Both the position numbers and the translations under genes were made by a program. DNA of 62,000 bases from Rhynchopus sp. YZ270_cl-10 (Eukaryota), in the NCBI GenBank assembly GCA_964035575.1, contig OZ037833.1, positions 2,914,001 through 2,976,000 on the forward strand. The letters are read 5' to 3'. The notes beneath the pieces were generated by a model. It was not told the origin of the DNA. It worked only from the letters and a program-made list of their open reading frames with translations, and did not search any database. Below are positions 50,868 through 62,000 of this stretch, in pieces (the stretch's first letter is position 1; every line of letters begins with the position of its first letter).

Positions 50868-50980
50868 GGTATGTCGGGCGCACAGCTCAGACCCCGATAT
50901 GGGCGCACAGAACACCCCCCCATTGTGGGCGCACAGAACAGGCCCTCCGTTGTGGGCGCACAGCTCACTGTGTGCTGTGC
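50868..50980. mobile_element. Solo end of the Merlin-like MITE family
   Basis: GGTATGTCGGGCGCACAG terminus plus subterminal repeats. Confidence 0.7.
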
Positions 50981-51400
50981 AAGTTTCAGCATATGGCTTC
51001 TGGCAACAAAAACTTAAAAAAAAATTTTGGCCGAAAATTATTTTTTGGCCTGCAATCAAGTTGAGCTGAGATGCTATGTAACATGTAAGTCAGTCTGTTT
51101 CATGTTTCCGCTGATCAAAGTTCGTTCGAGATGGAAAGGACTGAAAAGGAAGCACATGTGGAAAAGGAAGCACATGTGGAAATGTTAAGGAATCCCCACC
51201 CATTTCCGCATGTGCTTCCGGCAACAAAAACTGATTGCTCCGGGATTTGATTTTGGTACCATTTTTCACCAAATCCAAAAAAATTGGCAGAGTAGCACAG
51301 CCGCAAACGTTAGCATTATGACACGTGTTTGCGGATGTGCTCTCACCCCCAAAAAAAATGGGCAATACAAGGCCAAAAAACAAATGCACAAAAAGAAGTG

Positions 51401-51474
51401 TACACCTATCCGGGTTTGAACCGGAGACCTCCTCGGTGTTAACGAGGCGTCATAACCAACTAGACCATAGGTGC
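51401..51474 (-). tRNA. tRNA-Val(AAC)
   Basis: Loop TT AAC AC. Confidence 0.95.
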
Positions 51475-51595
51475 TGACATTTATATGGTTCATAGAAACG
51501 AGATGGTGTGTGCATTCACCGCCCAAAACCGAAAACTGTGTCAAAATAAAAAAAAATTTGGACAGAAGAAAATGGGAATATGGGTACAAAACGAA

Positions 51596-51667
51596 GGCTT
51601 AGTGGTCTAGTGGCATGATTCTCGCTTTGGGTGCGAGAGGTCCAGGGTTCGATTCCCTGCTGAGCCC
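51596..51667 (+). tRNA. tRNA-Pro(TGG)
   Basis: Loop TT TGG GT. Confidence 0.95.
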
Positions 51668-51774
51668 CTCTTTTTTTCAAGTTTTTGTGTCACAGATTTT
51701 TTGTCAGAAAAATAAATTGTGAAAAAAACTGATCCCTTGAAAAATTGATTCTGGACAACAGAAGGAAAAAAGTG

Positions 51775-51856
51775 TGACAGGAGTGGGGTTTGAACCCACG
51801 CCTCCGAAGAGAAAGGAACTTGAGTCCTCCGCCTTAGACCTCTCGGCCATCCTGCC
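51775..51856 (-). tRNA. tRNA-Leu(CAA)
   Basis: Loop CT CAA GT. Confidence 0.95.
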
Positions 51857-51958
51857 TTGCCAACAGATTTATATTAGAAATGAAATGAGAACGATGAGAA
51901 AGGACAACCAAAACGGAGCAAAAGGAAAAACAGAAGAAAACACAACACATAAAAAGAG

Positions 51959-52030
51959 TTCCCCGGCCGGGAATTGAACCCGGGTCTTCCGCGTGACAGG
52001 CGGAAATACTGACCTCTATACTACCGAGGA
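51959..52030 (-). tRNA. tRNA-Asp(GTC), copy 2
   Basis: Identical to 45717-45788. Confidence 0.95.
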
Positions 52031-52118
52031 TACAATGAAGCCTGTTTTTAAAAAGAATGCGTCCAGAGAAAGTCTTCAATCGCACCGGATCTGAAAAATA
52101 AAAAACAAAGAAAAGAAT

Positions 52119-52191
52119 TACCCCATGTGGGACTCGAACCCACAACCTTTGGATTAGAAGTCCAACGCGCTATCCATTGCGCCAATGGGGC
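52119..52191 (-). tRNA. tRNA-Arg(TCT)
   Basis: Loop CT TCT AA. Confidence 0.95.
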
Positions 52192-52283
52192 TTGTTTCAT
52201 ATTCTTTTCTCGTTTTAAGGAAGTGTCCCTTCATGGTCAACAACACCTGTAAAAAATTGTGAAGGAAATTCAAAAATGAAAAG

Positions 52284-52356
52284 TACAACTAGCTGGGATT
52301 GAACCAGCGATCTTCCGCGTGTAAGGCGGACGTCCTAACCACTAGACGATAGCTGC
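52284..52356 (-). tRNA. tRNA-Val(TAC)
   Basis: Loop CT TAC AC. Confidence 0.95.
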
Positions 52357-52457
52357 CCAAACTTAGTGAGATGTTGGCAAGGGTCTGACCAACTTTTTTT
52401 TGGTGTTCAAAAAATTTTTTTCAAGTCAAAAAAATGGGTTCACTGAAAAAGGTTTTC

Positions 52458-52530
52458 TAGCAGAGATAGGTTTCGATCCTATGACCTGTGGGTTATGAGC
52501 CCACCGCGCTGACCACTGCGCCACTCTGCT
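52458..52530 (-). tRNA. Initiator tRNA-Met(CAT)
   Basis: A1:U72, three G-C pairs in the anticodon stem, A54/A60. Confidence 0.95.
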
Positions 52531-52580
52531 TCTAATTACTTCCAACGATGTTTTCTACATGCCCAGCTTAAAAAAGGCTA

Positions 52581-52651
52581 TGCGACCGCCGGGAATCGAA
52601 CCCGGGTCGAACCCTTGGGAGGGGTCCATCATGCCACTAGACCACGGTCGC
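52581..52651 (-). tRNA. tRNA-Gly(CCC)
   Basis: Loop CT CCC AA. Confidence 0.95.
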
Positions 52652-52677
52652 CTTATCAAGGGATAAAAGGGCTCGAC

Positions 52678-52750
52678 GCTCTCGTGGCCTAGTGGTTAAG
52701 GCACAGGTCTTATGAGCCTGGGATCGCGGGTTCAAACCCCGCCGGGAGCA
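52678..52750 (+). tRNA. tRNA-Ile(TAT), intronless
   Basis: Loop CT TAT GA. Confidence 0.93.
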
Positions 52751-52830
52751 AAGCCTTTTTTTGTTCAGTGAATCATGTTCATTCCTCCTGCTCGTTTCAT
52801 GACTCCTCCAGAAGTTGCAAAGGAACAGTA

Positions 52831-52912
52831 GCGGACGTATCCAAGTGGTTACGGAGGTGCACTCGAAATGCATTGGGCTCTGCCCGCGCAGGTTCAAATC
52901 CTGCCGTCCGCG
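52831..52912 (+). tRNA. tRNA-Ser(CGA)
   Basis: Identical to 29510-29591. Confidence 0.95.
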
Positions 52913-53642
52913 TTATTGTCTTTTTGCTGTGTAGGGGGAACCCTGTACATTCCATACATCTCAAATAGCCCAAATAAATTTTCACTGGGAGTAAGTGATT
53001 AGGGCTGATTAGGGATGTGTGATGCTCCAATTTGCGGTTACGACTTCATAATGGATTCAGGAGCATCCAAACATCCCATTTTCCCGTTAGTTTCCCATTT
53101 TTGACGATCTGGCTATTGCAGAATAGAGGTGAAAATGACATTTTGCTGGGTCATTTTCGCGAACTCGATTAGGGCACTTCTGATGCTCTAATTTGCGGTT
53201 ACAACCTCATAATGAATTCAGGAGCATCCGAATGACCCATTATCCCAACGTTTTCACATTTTGGACGATCTTGCTATTGCGGAGTATCCGGTGGAAAATC
53301 GGAAAATTCCATGTGTACCGTGTTTCACTGGGAGTAAGTGATTAGGACATGTGTGATGCTCCAATTTGCGGTTCCGACCTCATGATGGCTTCAGGAGCAT
53401 CCAAATAACCCGTTTTCCCAACGTTTTCGCATTTTTGACCAGTTGGGCTGTTGCGGAATAGCAGGTAAAAACGGTCATTTTGGCCACCTCAATTAGGGCA
53501 CTTCTGATGCTCCAATCAAATCGTCCGACCTCATAATGGGTTCGGGAGCACCCAAATAACACATATTCCCAACGTTTTCGCGTTTTTGATCCTGTGTGAG
53601 CAATCCAGAACAACTTTCTGCTTCAGTAAAAAAAAGTAAAAA

Positions 53643-53761
53643 GGATTCAAGCACCCGGACTTCCCAGCTGGTCACCCACGCCAGTACTATCCAGGCCTGC
53701 TGGTGCTTAACTTCTCAAATCAGGCGGGATGAGGTGTATTCACCAGAGTATGGCCGAATCC
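53643..53761 (-). rRNA. 5S: 5S rRNA
   Basis: Reverse complement of the plus-strand copies. Confidence 0.97.
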
Positions 53762-53845
53762 AATACTGAGTCATGATGGACAACATGTGAACAGGTTGTT
53801 TGTGACCTAACAACGAACCAGAAATAGGACAGCGAACAAAAAACA

Positions 53846-53918
53846 AGGCACTAGAGGGGATCGAACCCTCGACCTCTCGCTTACTGGGCGAGCGCTCTAA
53901 CCACTGAGCTATAGCGCC
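53846..53918 (-). tRNA. tRNA-Thr(AGT), C33
   Basis: Loop CC AGT AA. Confidence 0.95.
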
Positions 53919-54039
53919 ATGCTTTCTCTCCATCTTCTTTTCTTTGAAGGGGGTCTTTTGAAATGTACAGAGCACGCATCAAAAATTTCCTTCATACCTC
54001 CGCGATGGTGAAAAAATTTTTAACGAAGGAGCCTAGTAA

Positions 54040-54121
54040 GGCGAGGTGGCCGAGTGGTCTAAGGCGCTACGTTCAGGTCGTAGTCTCTTCGGGGGCGTGA
54101 GTTCAAACCTCACCCTCGTCA
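54040..54121 (+). tRNA. tRNA-Leu(CAG)
   Basis: Loop TT CAG GT. Confidence 0.95.
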
Positions 54122-54199
54122 CTTTTTCTTCGTTGTGTGATCACTTAAAAGCCTATTTCGGCCCAAAGCTTGTTGTTTTAAAGAAGCATCATAATTGTG

Positions 54200-54271
54200 G
54201 GGCTCTTAGCTCAGTGGAAGAGCGCCCGTTCCGCATACGGGAGGCCGAGAGTTCGAACCTCTCAGGGTCCA
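54200..54271 (+). tRNA. tRNA-Ala(CGC), C33
   Basis: G3:U70; loop TC CGC AT. Confidence 0.95.
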
Positions 54272-54348
54272 CAGTTTTTTTTTCCCCTGTTTTGTTTCTC
54301 CTGTGTAAATTGGTTCTCAGAGCTTTCACACCTTGCTCCCTAAAATGT

Positions 54349-54420
54349 GGCTGTTTAGCTCAGTGGTAGAGCACATCATCCGTAATGATGGGGTCGTGGG
54401 TTCAATCCCCACAGCGGCCT
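54349..54420 (+). tRNA. tRNA-Thr(CGT), C33
   Basis: Loop TC CGT AA. Confidence 0.95.
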
Positions 54421-54527
54421 AGGTTTTTTTCAGAGCTCCCCAAGAATTTCCAACCTAACTTGGGGTTTGTGGGTTTGCGGTCACTGGTGCACACATGGCC
54501 TGTGGACGGGCAGGGACAAAAAAAATT

Positions 54528-54857
54528 GGGTGCTTGCGTTGTGTGCTGGATCGGGACCACCAGTAAACTGGCAATCCCACATCCAGTTCTAATATTTGAA
54601 GTGTGAAATAGAACGCAATCGGAAGATTAGTTTACACGAATGTAAGAATAATATCGTCATGGTAATATTCTGTACAGATTGTACGGGATTTACTATCATA
54701 TGAGAGTAGTCCGTCGCAGGCCACATCGGGCCCGCAACATGACCGGTCTTCACACAAAATTGTAAAAGAATTTTCCTTGGAAAAAATGTCTTTTTCAAGT
54801 TTTTGTTGTTGCTGAACGAGTTGTTTGGTTTCGAAGTAGCACACTAACTTAGCACCC
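54528..54857 (-). ncRNA. Unidentified ~330-nt structured RNA ('RNA X'), copy 2
   Basis: Diverged paralog of 38050-38374; class-A element at 54881-54916, again at -59. Confidence 0.75.
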
Positions 54858-54967
54858 AAACATGCAGCAAACATCGGAATACAAGACAGGGTCGTCTTGT
54901 TGGAGGTGGGTCAGGGTCTGGACATCCTCAAATGTGCACACCTAATACAACAGAAGAAAAGGAAAAA

Positions 54968-55086
54968 GGATTCAAGCACCCGGACTTCCCAGCTGGTCAC
55001 CCACGCCAGTACTATCCAGGCCTGCTGGTGCTTAACTTCTCAAATCAGGCGGGATGAGGTGTATTCACCAGAGTATGGCCGAATCC
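54968..55086 (-). rRNA. 5S: 5S rRNA
   Basis: Reverse complement of the plus-strand copies. Confidence 0.97.
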
Positions 55087-55093
55087 AATAATA

Positions 55094-55232
55094 GGTCTGG
55101 ATAGAAAAGCTGGGAAGACTTATTACCAGTCCGTTTTTACCTGAGAAGTTAGACACCTCCAAGCCTGGATAGTACTGGCGCGGGTGACCAACTGGATAAA
55201 TACACCGAAAAATAGATCTAAATTGTCAGACC
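55094..55232 (+). ncRNA. 5S-derived variant RNA or pseudogene retaining the internal control region
   Basis: TGAGAAGTTAGACACC..GCCTGGATAGTACTGGCGCGGGTGACCA at 55142-55190; new terminal stem GGTCTG/CAGACC. Confidence 0.5.
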
Positions 55233-56915
55233 GGTTCTTAGCTGTGCGCATCCATAAAAAACTAAAAAAATACTTGCGTCAGAAAATCCTAGTGTGTTGT
55301 ACCGTGGTCCGATATTCTTTCGGTCCCGGGTTCAACACCTGAGACAGATAATATATTTTGACTTTTTCAGATTTTTCTCATTTTTTTGTCTCCTCACTCT
55401 TTCTGAGAATCTTCAAAATTGTCAAAAGTGAGAAATTTTTGGGAAAATGGCATATTTAGGGGCTCCTGAATCCATTATGAGGTCAGATGAATCAATCTGA
55501 GCATCACACATATCCTAATAGACAAAATGTCCGTTTATCAAAATACCTGAAAATGCCTCTTTATCCTATCTAAGGATGTCAGAAACCCTTAAAAGTGCAA
55601 AAATCTTGGGAATATAGGGTTTTTGGGCCATTCTGAATCCATTGCGGGGTCGGACGATTTGATTGGAGCATCAGAAGTATCCTAATCGGTAAAATGTCGC
55701 AAAAATATGGGCAAAATGCCTTTATACCCTATCTAAGCAATTAGAATGTGCTCTAAAACGCAAAAATCTTGGGAATATGGGGTTTTTGGGCACATCTGAG
55801 TTCATTGCGGGGTCGTACGATCAGATCTGAGCATCACATAATGTCTAGAATTTTACAGGTGCAACAAACACCTGTATTTTGGTGTAACATGCATATAACC
55901 ATATCTGAATACCTTAAATTTGCACGAAAATGCAAAAATCTTGGGAATATGGGTTTTTTGGGCACATCTGAGTCAATTGCGGGGTCGCACGATCAGATCC
56001 GAGCATCACACAATACCTAGAATTTCAACTATGCAATAAACATGTCTATTTTGGGTAAAATGGCTAATAACCACATGTAAGTAGCTTAAAAATGCTCTAA
56101 AATGCAATAATCTTGGGAATATGGGGTTTTTGGGCACATTTGAGTTCATTGCGGGGTCGCACGATCAGATCCGAGTATCACACAATGTCTAGAATTTCAA
56201 AAAAGCAACAATCACATGTATTTTGGTGTAAAATGCATATAACCATATCTGAATGTCTCAAATACGCATGAAAATGAAGTAATCTTGGGTATATAGGGTT
56301 TTTGGGCACATCTGAGTCAATTGCGGGGTCGTACGGTCAGATCCGAGCATCAGACAATGTCTAGAATTTTAGCTATGCAACAAACACCTGTATATTGGGT
56401 AAAATGGCTAATAATCATATCTAAATGGCTCATATATGCTCGAAAATGCAAAAATCTTGGGAATGTGGGGTTTTTGGGCATTTTTGAGTCAATTGCGGGG
56501 TCGTACGATCAGATTAGAGCATCACACAATGTCTCAAATTTTACAGGTGCAACAAACACCTGTATTTTGGTGTAACATGCAAACAACCATATCTAAATAC
56601 CTCAAATTTGCACGAAAATGAAGAAATCTTGGGTATATAGGGTTTTTGGGCCAATCTGAGTCAATTGCGGGGTCGCACGGTCAATTCCGAGTATCAGGCC
56701 CTCTCTACAACTTAGCCGGTGCTCAAACATAGGGGTTACAGGCAAATATACCTGTACACAGGCATATGACCTCTGTACGTACCTTCTTTTCACTCGAAAA
56801 TGCAATTTTCTTGGGTATATGGGGTATTTGAGCACATCTGAGTCAATTGCGGGGTCGTACGCTCAGATCCGAGCATCACACACTGTCTAACTGAGAAATA
56901 TTTTGAAAAAAGTCG

Positions 56916-57696
56916 ATTTTTTGGTGAAAATATTTTTCACAGAAAATCGAATTTTACTATTAAGATTGGCTTTCGGCATGACCCAGTAAGGTTACTATGG
57001 GCCCCATGGGACATATACACCCGAATACCAGGCCGTATTTTCAAAAAGTTGATAATCCCAGTATATGGTATGGCCCTGTGGTACGAAATTTTTGGCCGAA
57101 AAAATCGACCAAAAAATCGTCATTTTTGGGGGTCACGGTGACAAAAAGTTGCATTTTTTCACGAAAAATGGTCGGAATGTGACTTGAATGGGCTCTAATG
57201 GGTATATTATGCACATAACATACCTAAATTATGTCGATATTTCACCGGCGGAGCCGAAAAAATCGATTTTCAGGGTGTGCAAAACTGTAAAAATGACGAA
57301 AATCGGAAAAATGACGATTTTTTGGTGAAAATATTTTTCACAGAAAATCGAATTTTACTATTAAGATTGGCTTTGGGCATGACCCAGTAAGGTTACTATG
57401 GGCCCCATGGGACATATACACCCGAATACCAGGCCGTATTTTCAAAAAGTTGATAATCCCAGTATATGGTATGGCCCTGTGGTACGAAATTTTTGGCCGA
57501 AAAAATCGACCAAAAAATCGTCATTTTTGGGGGTCACGGTGACAAAAAGTTGCATTTTTTCACGAAAAATGGTCGGAATGTGACTTGAATGGGCTCTAAT
57601 GGGTATATTATGCACATAACATACCTAAATTATGTCGATATTTCACCGGCGGAGCCGAAAAAATCGATTTTCAGGGTGTGCAAAACTGTAAAAATC
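56916..57696. repeat. 401-bp tandem repeat, about 2 copies (next unit)
   Basis: Same unit as 30398-31978. Confidence 0.95.
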
Positions 57697-60600
57697 ACCA
57701 AAATCCCAAAAATCACGATTTTTTTTGAAAAATATTTTTTTCAAAAAAATCGATTTTAAAATATTGGTTTGGCTTGTGCGGGGACCTGAATCTGGGGCAA
57801 CATACCCTGTGGGACATACTGGGCCCTATGCAAGGCCGAATTTTCAAAAATATGGTTGCCCCGGTAGACGGTATGGCCCTGCAGGTCAGTGCATCGGGCC
57901 AAAAATCATGAAAAAATCATGATTTTGGGGTCTGGCACCCCATGGGCACATATATCTGGGGGTGTGAAATATGCATGGAATCGACCGATTGGGGGTGTTA
58001 TAGGTCCTGGGGGCCCACATGGGCCATATTTCACGCTATTGGGTCACGGGAAAGTGATTTTGACATTTTTTCATCGATTTTAGCTGTGAGAACCCTTCAA
58101 AAACACTGATTTTGGGGTGTTTCTGAGACGGTACGCTATACCCAGGGTCATATTAGGTATTAGTCCGGTCGACTTTTTGAAAAAACGACCCCGCAATGGA
58201 CTCAGGGGTGCCAGATAGTGTATATGCACCAGAATGGATTCACGGGAAAAGTCAAAATTGGGTGTCAGATACATGCTGCCATAAGTGACGAATTTCAAAA
58301 GTTGAGATTTTTCGAAAATCAGGGTTCAGTACACGCTGTACCCAATCCTGGGGGCCAAAATTTTCAACTTTTTGAAAAAACGGGCGGTATATGGCCCTAA
58401 ATTGTCAAAATGAGTTAATTGCGACCTCGGACGGCCTCCGGAGATGAGTAGAAGTTTATTTACTGAAAAAAAAAGTCAAAACACAGGCAAAATCCCACCT
58501 TCCACAGGTACAGTCAAAACTTTTATCCAGATCTCATGTTTTTTCAAAAAATTTTAAATTGTTTTTATGACTAACACCTCCGAAATTTTTCCTGATAAGA
58601 TGGAATATGGTCCTGTCGTAGTATGCAGTGTGTTTGCAGGCAAAAATTTGCATTTTCTCGCCCCAGACATTTTTTTATACATAAAAGTGCATAAAGGGAC
58701 CCCTGACCCCAAAATCCGGGTTCCAGCTTTTTGAAGGGGTCACCCTACAGGCCACCTCAAAAAGTTGGCCCGTAGGGCCAACTTTTTGAAAAAACGGGGT
58801 TGCGATGTGTCCTGGGGGCCCGAAGGGCCCCCAGGACACATCGCTGGGAAAAAAATATTAGGTTTTTTGGGGTCTATATAGGGTTGCTGTGGGGGTCACA
58901 TGGCCGAAAAATGGCCATTTTTGGCCTATTTTTGGCCATTTTTTTAAGGTAAAAAATCCACTTTTTTTTTGTACATCCCCTTGCCCCCGGTAAAATTTAC
59001 CAAACATATGGCCCTGTTGGACATACTGGGCCCATGAGTCGGTCGCTGGATCACCAAACTAGTTGCCCTATTTGCTAAAATCATGTTTTCAGGGTCAAAA
59101 ATAGGGTGTTTTTTAGGGTCAAAAATAGGGTGTTTTTCAGGGGTATGTTAACCACGTATGTGTCTTAGGGACCAAATTTTCCAGGAATGTGAACCAATCG
59201 GGTCGCAATGGGTCCAGGGGGCCCGGAGGGCCCCCATGCAGGGAAAATTTGCAATAATCCTGGGCAATGCTGGGGGCCGATAGGGTGTGCCTATACACGT
59301 GTTTTTACGTGTTTTTGGGCACTTTTCAGGATTTTCGAAAATTTTTGCAACACCAAAATCAAAAATTTCGGTCTAGGAGGCCCATATCTGGAAAAAATCG
59401 ATATTCCAATGGCCTCATTGGGACATATTGGGCCCAGGACCCTATTTTCAGGTCCCAGGAAAAGCCAAAACAATAAAAAAAATAGCTCAGGCGACCCCCA
59501 AAAATAGGCGAAAAACAGCCATTTTTAGGGTGTTTTTTAGGGGTATTTTTACACACACAAATTGTTTACCATAGCACACCCCCAGGCTGCCTCAAAATTT
59601 TATCTTTATTTGATTTTTCCAACCCACATAGGGGTATTGGAGGCACAACTTTCACCAAGCCTGGGGAATTCGGCACTGCACACACACAACTGAAAAAGGC
59701 AAAAATCACCTGTTTTTCAAGGTGTCGCAGGGTAAATGTTGTTCCTTAAAAACCAAATTTTTTCTAAAAAATCGGCCCTGCGGGTGAAAAAACGACACTA
59801 TGGGGGGTATTCCAGGGTGTGGGGGCCCCAAAAATCCGGTTTAAGACCACGAGAGGGTCCGAATACACACCTGAGAAGGTCCCGGGGAGTAAAAAAATGG
59901 CCATTTTTGGGGGGTCAAAATCTCACTTTTTGGGGGGATGTTTGTATACCCAGTACCGACCCACTAGCTGGGATGCCCAACTTTTCGCGAATATGGGGGC
60001 CCGTAGGGCCCCCGGGGCCCAGGGGGCCCAAAATATCGTGTTGCAGATGCCAGGAGAACATGTTTCAATATTTTGGATACATTTTTCCATAAGGTCATTT
60101 TCAAAAGCACTGATTTTAGGGGTATTGAGCGAGGTACCCATACCCATGGGTTATCCTATATATTAGTTTTCACTCGGATGTGAAAAAACGATGTCGCAAT
60201 GGATTCAGGGGGCCCAAATAGGGTATATGGCCCAGGAAATTTTCAAAAAGTTGACCCAACCAGGTATACAGGCATACAAGCCGGTAGGTCAACAGATAGG
60301 GTGTTTTCCGCACCCAAAATATGGGGTCATGACCATGTGGGTCAGACCTGAATTGATAAATGTTTCGCACAGGTTTTCGCGAATACCCCCTCTATTCCGA
60401 ATGCGCTACAAGAGTTTTAAATTTTTGGCTATTTAGATTCACTTTTAAAAACAAAATGGGTCTCCAGAACACACATGAGGTTCACATGTACCTCTACAGA
60501 AACCTTGGTTTTGGTCGGATTTTGAGGCCAATTTTTGGGTTCCCACCAATTTCCTAGGGTATACTGGGATATTGCCCGTGTGTCCAAAAGTGATTTTTGG

Positions 60601-61357
60601 GGCCTTAGGACCCCGGAGAATCCATTTAACGGTCGTTTTTGCACCGGAAAGACCTATCTAGTACCCAAAAATCGAATTTTCATATTTTTGAAAAAGTGAC
60701 CAAAAATCGACTTTTTTTGGTAACATTGTATGGCATAAATTATTCTACATAATGTGTGATGCTTGAATAAAAACTTACGACCCCATAATGTACTCGGAAC
60801 TCACCCATGTAATTGTTGAGAAAAAAAAACTTTCCGAAAAAATGAAATTTCAACCCGAATATGCACATTTGGGTCATTTTACGGCTATGTAGGTCATTTT
60901 GTATGTGTTTTTCGATTATATAGGTGATTAGGATATGTGTGATGCTCAGATTAAATCGTAAGACCCCGCAATTGACTCAAATGTGCCCAAAAACCCTATA
61001 TACCCAAGATTATTAACTTTTCCAGCATATTGGACATCCTTAGGTATGGTTATAAGCCATGATACGGCTATTGCTGGAAAAATAGCCATAAATTGTGGTT
61101 GGTATTGATTTCAGAAATTATGTGATGCTTAGATCATGCCATAGACGCTTTTAATGGATTCATATGAGCTCATACTACCCATATACCCCTTCAGAAGCCC
61201 CTTTTGACTCTTATGAATATCCTTATATAGGCTTCCACTTGTGCAGAACCTTCTCAGTGTACAAGATGTTAGGTACAAAAAAACCATCATATTTTTTACA
61301 CTACTGGCATGCTTCCCAGGACACGTCTGTACTCAGAACGTTGTAGAGAAAAAAGGC

Positions 61358-61469
61358 AACCAACGATTTCTAAAGCTACAGTTTCTGTACTTCATTGGTA
61401 TGGAAGCATGAAGATTACTCTTCTCACACAACTTTGTCAAAACATGGCCAGTTTCGAAAGAGACTGGCC
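61358..61469 (+). ncRNA. SL RNA: Spliced-leader RNA gene (next unit, copy 1)
   Basis: Identical to 35642-35753. Confidence 0.95.
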
Positions 61470-61791
61470 TTTTTTACGTTAGCATGATCGTCTTGTGCAC
61501 AAGAAGCAAACCCAAAAACACACACGATTCACACATGACATAACACACAAGTGCTTACTGCACCCCATTTTTATATCGCCTGCAAAACCATATTTGTGAC
61601 ACTTGTTCCCCTTCAGAAGCCACTGTTGACTCTGTCGAATATCCTTCTGTAGGATCACACTTAAGGATATTTTTATGTAGAACCTTCACAGTGACCAAGA
61701 TGTCAGGTACGAAAAAGCAACCGTATTATAGACATTGGCAGAAGGCTTCCCAGAACAAGTGGGTACCTAGAACATTGTAGAGAAAAAGGGC

Positions 61792-61903
61792 AACCAACGA
61801 TTTCTAAAGCTACAGTTTCTGTACTTCATTGGTATGGAAGCATGAAGATTATATTCTTCACACAACTTTGTCAAAACATGGCCAGTTTCGAAAGAGACTG
61901 GCC
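61792..61903 (+). ncRNA. SL RNA: Spliced-leader RNA gene (next unit, copy 2)
   Basis: Identical to 36076-36187. Confidence 0.95.
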
Positions 61904-62000
61904 TTTTTTACGTTAACATCACCTTGTGCAAACCCAAAAAACACACATGATTCCCATGTTCTTCGAATATTTTGGTGATTAGGATATGTGTAATGCTCAG

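Larger units (their letters stand above)
29810..56327. repeat. One complete ~26.5-kb unit of a tandem ncRNA-gene array; next unit starts near 56328
   Basis: About 29810-36284 recurs at 56328-62000 (offset 26518, then 25716 after two fewer 401-bp repeats); 29374-29807 recurs near 52696-53147. Confidence 0.92.

Overview
Eukaryotic nuclear DNA, most likely from a diplonemid (Euglenozoa), judged from a spliced-leader exon close to the Diplonema SL. There are three zones. (1) 1-4.9 kb: the 3' part of a bacterial-like SASA/CE6 esterase-Ig-LamG gene, decayed gene fragments and a 13-bp satellite. (2) 4.9-29.4 kb: a nested stack of retroelements. Two long CRE/SLACS-like RLE non-LTR retrotransposons, each with two OTU protease domains, are inserted head-to-tail into a copy of element 1's own 5' region (25-bp TSD). 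They are followed by non-autonomous poly(A) retroposons, a telomere-like (AAACCCGC)n tract and a truncated OTU ORF. (3) 29.4-62 kb: a ~26-kb tandemly repeated unit carrying nearly the whole small-RNA toolkit: SL RNAs, U1-U6, U3, 7SL, four 5S genes and 45 of the usual 46 eukaryotic tRNA species. The unit also holds unidentified structured RNAs behind the same promoter motifs, ten tRNA species with C33 in place of the near-invariant U33, and a Merlin-like MITE sitting at the canonical intron position of tRNA-Leu(TAG). All calls were made by eye; no database searches were run.
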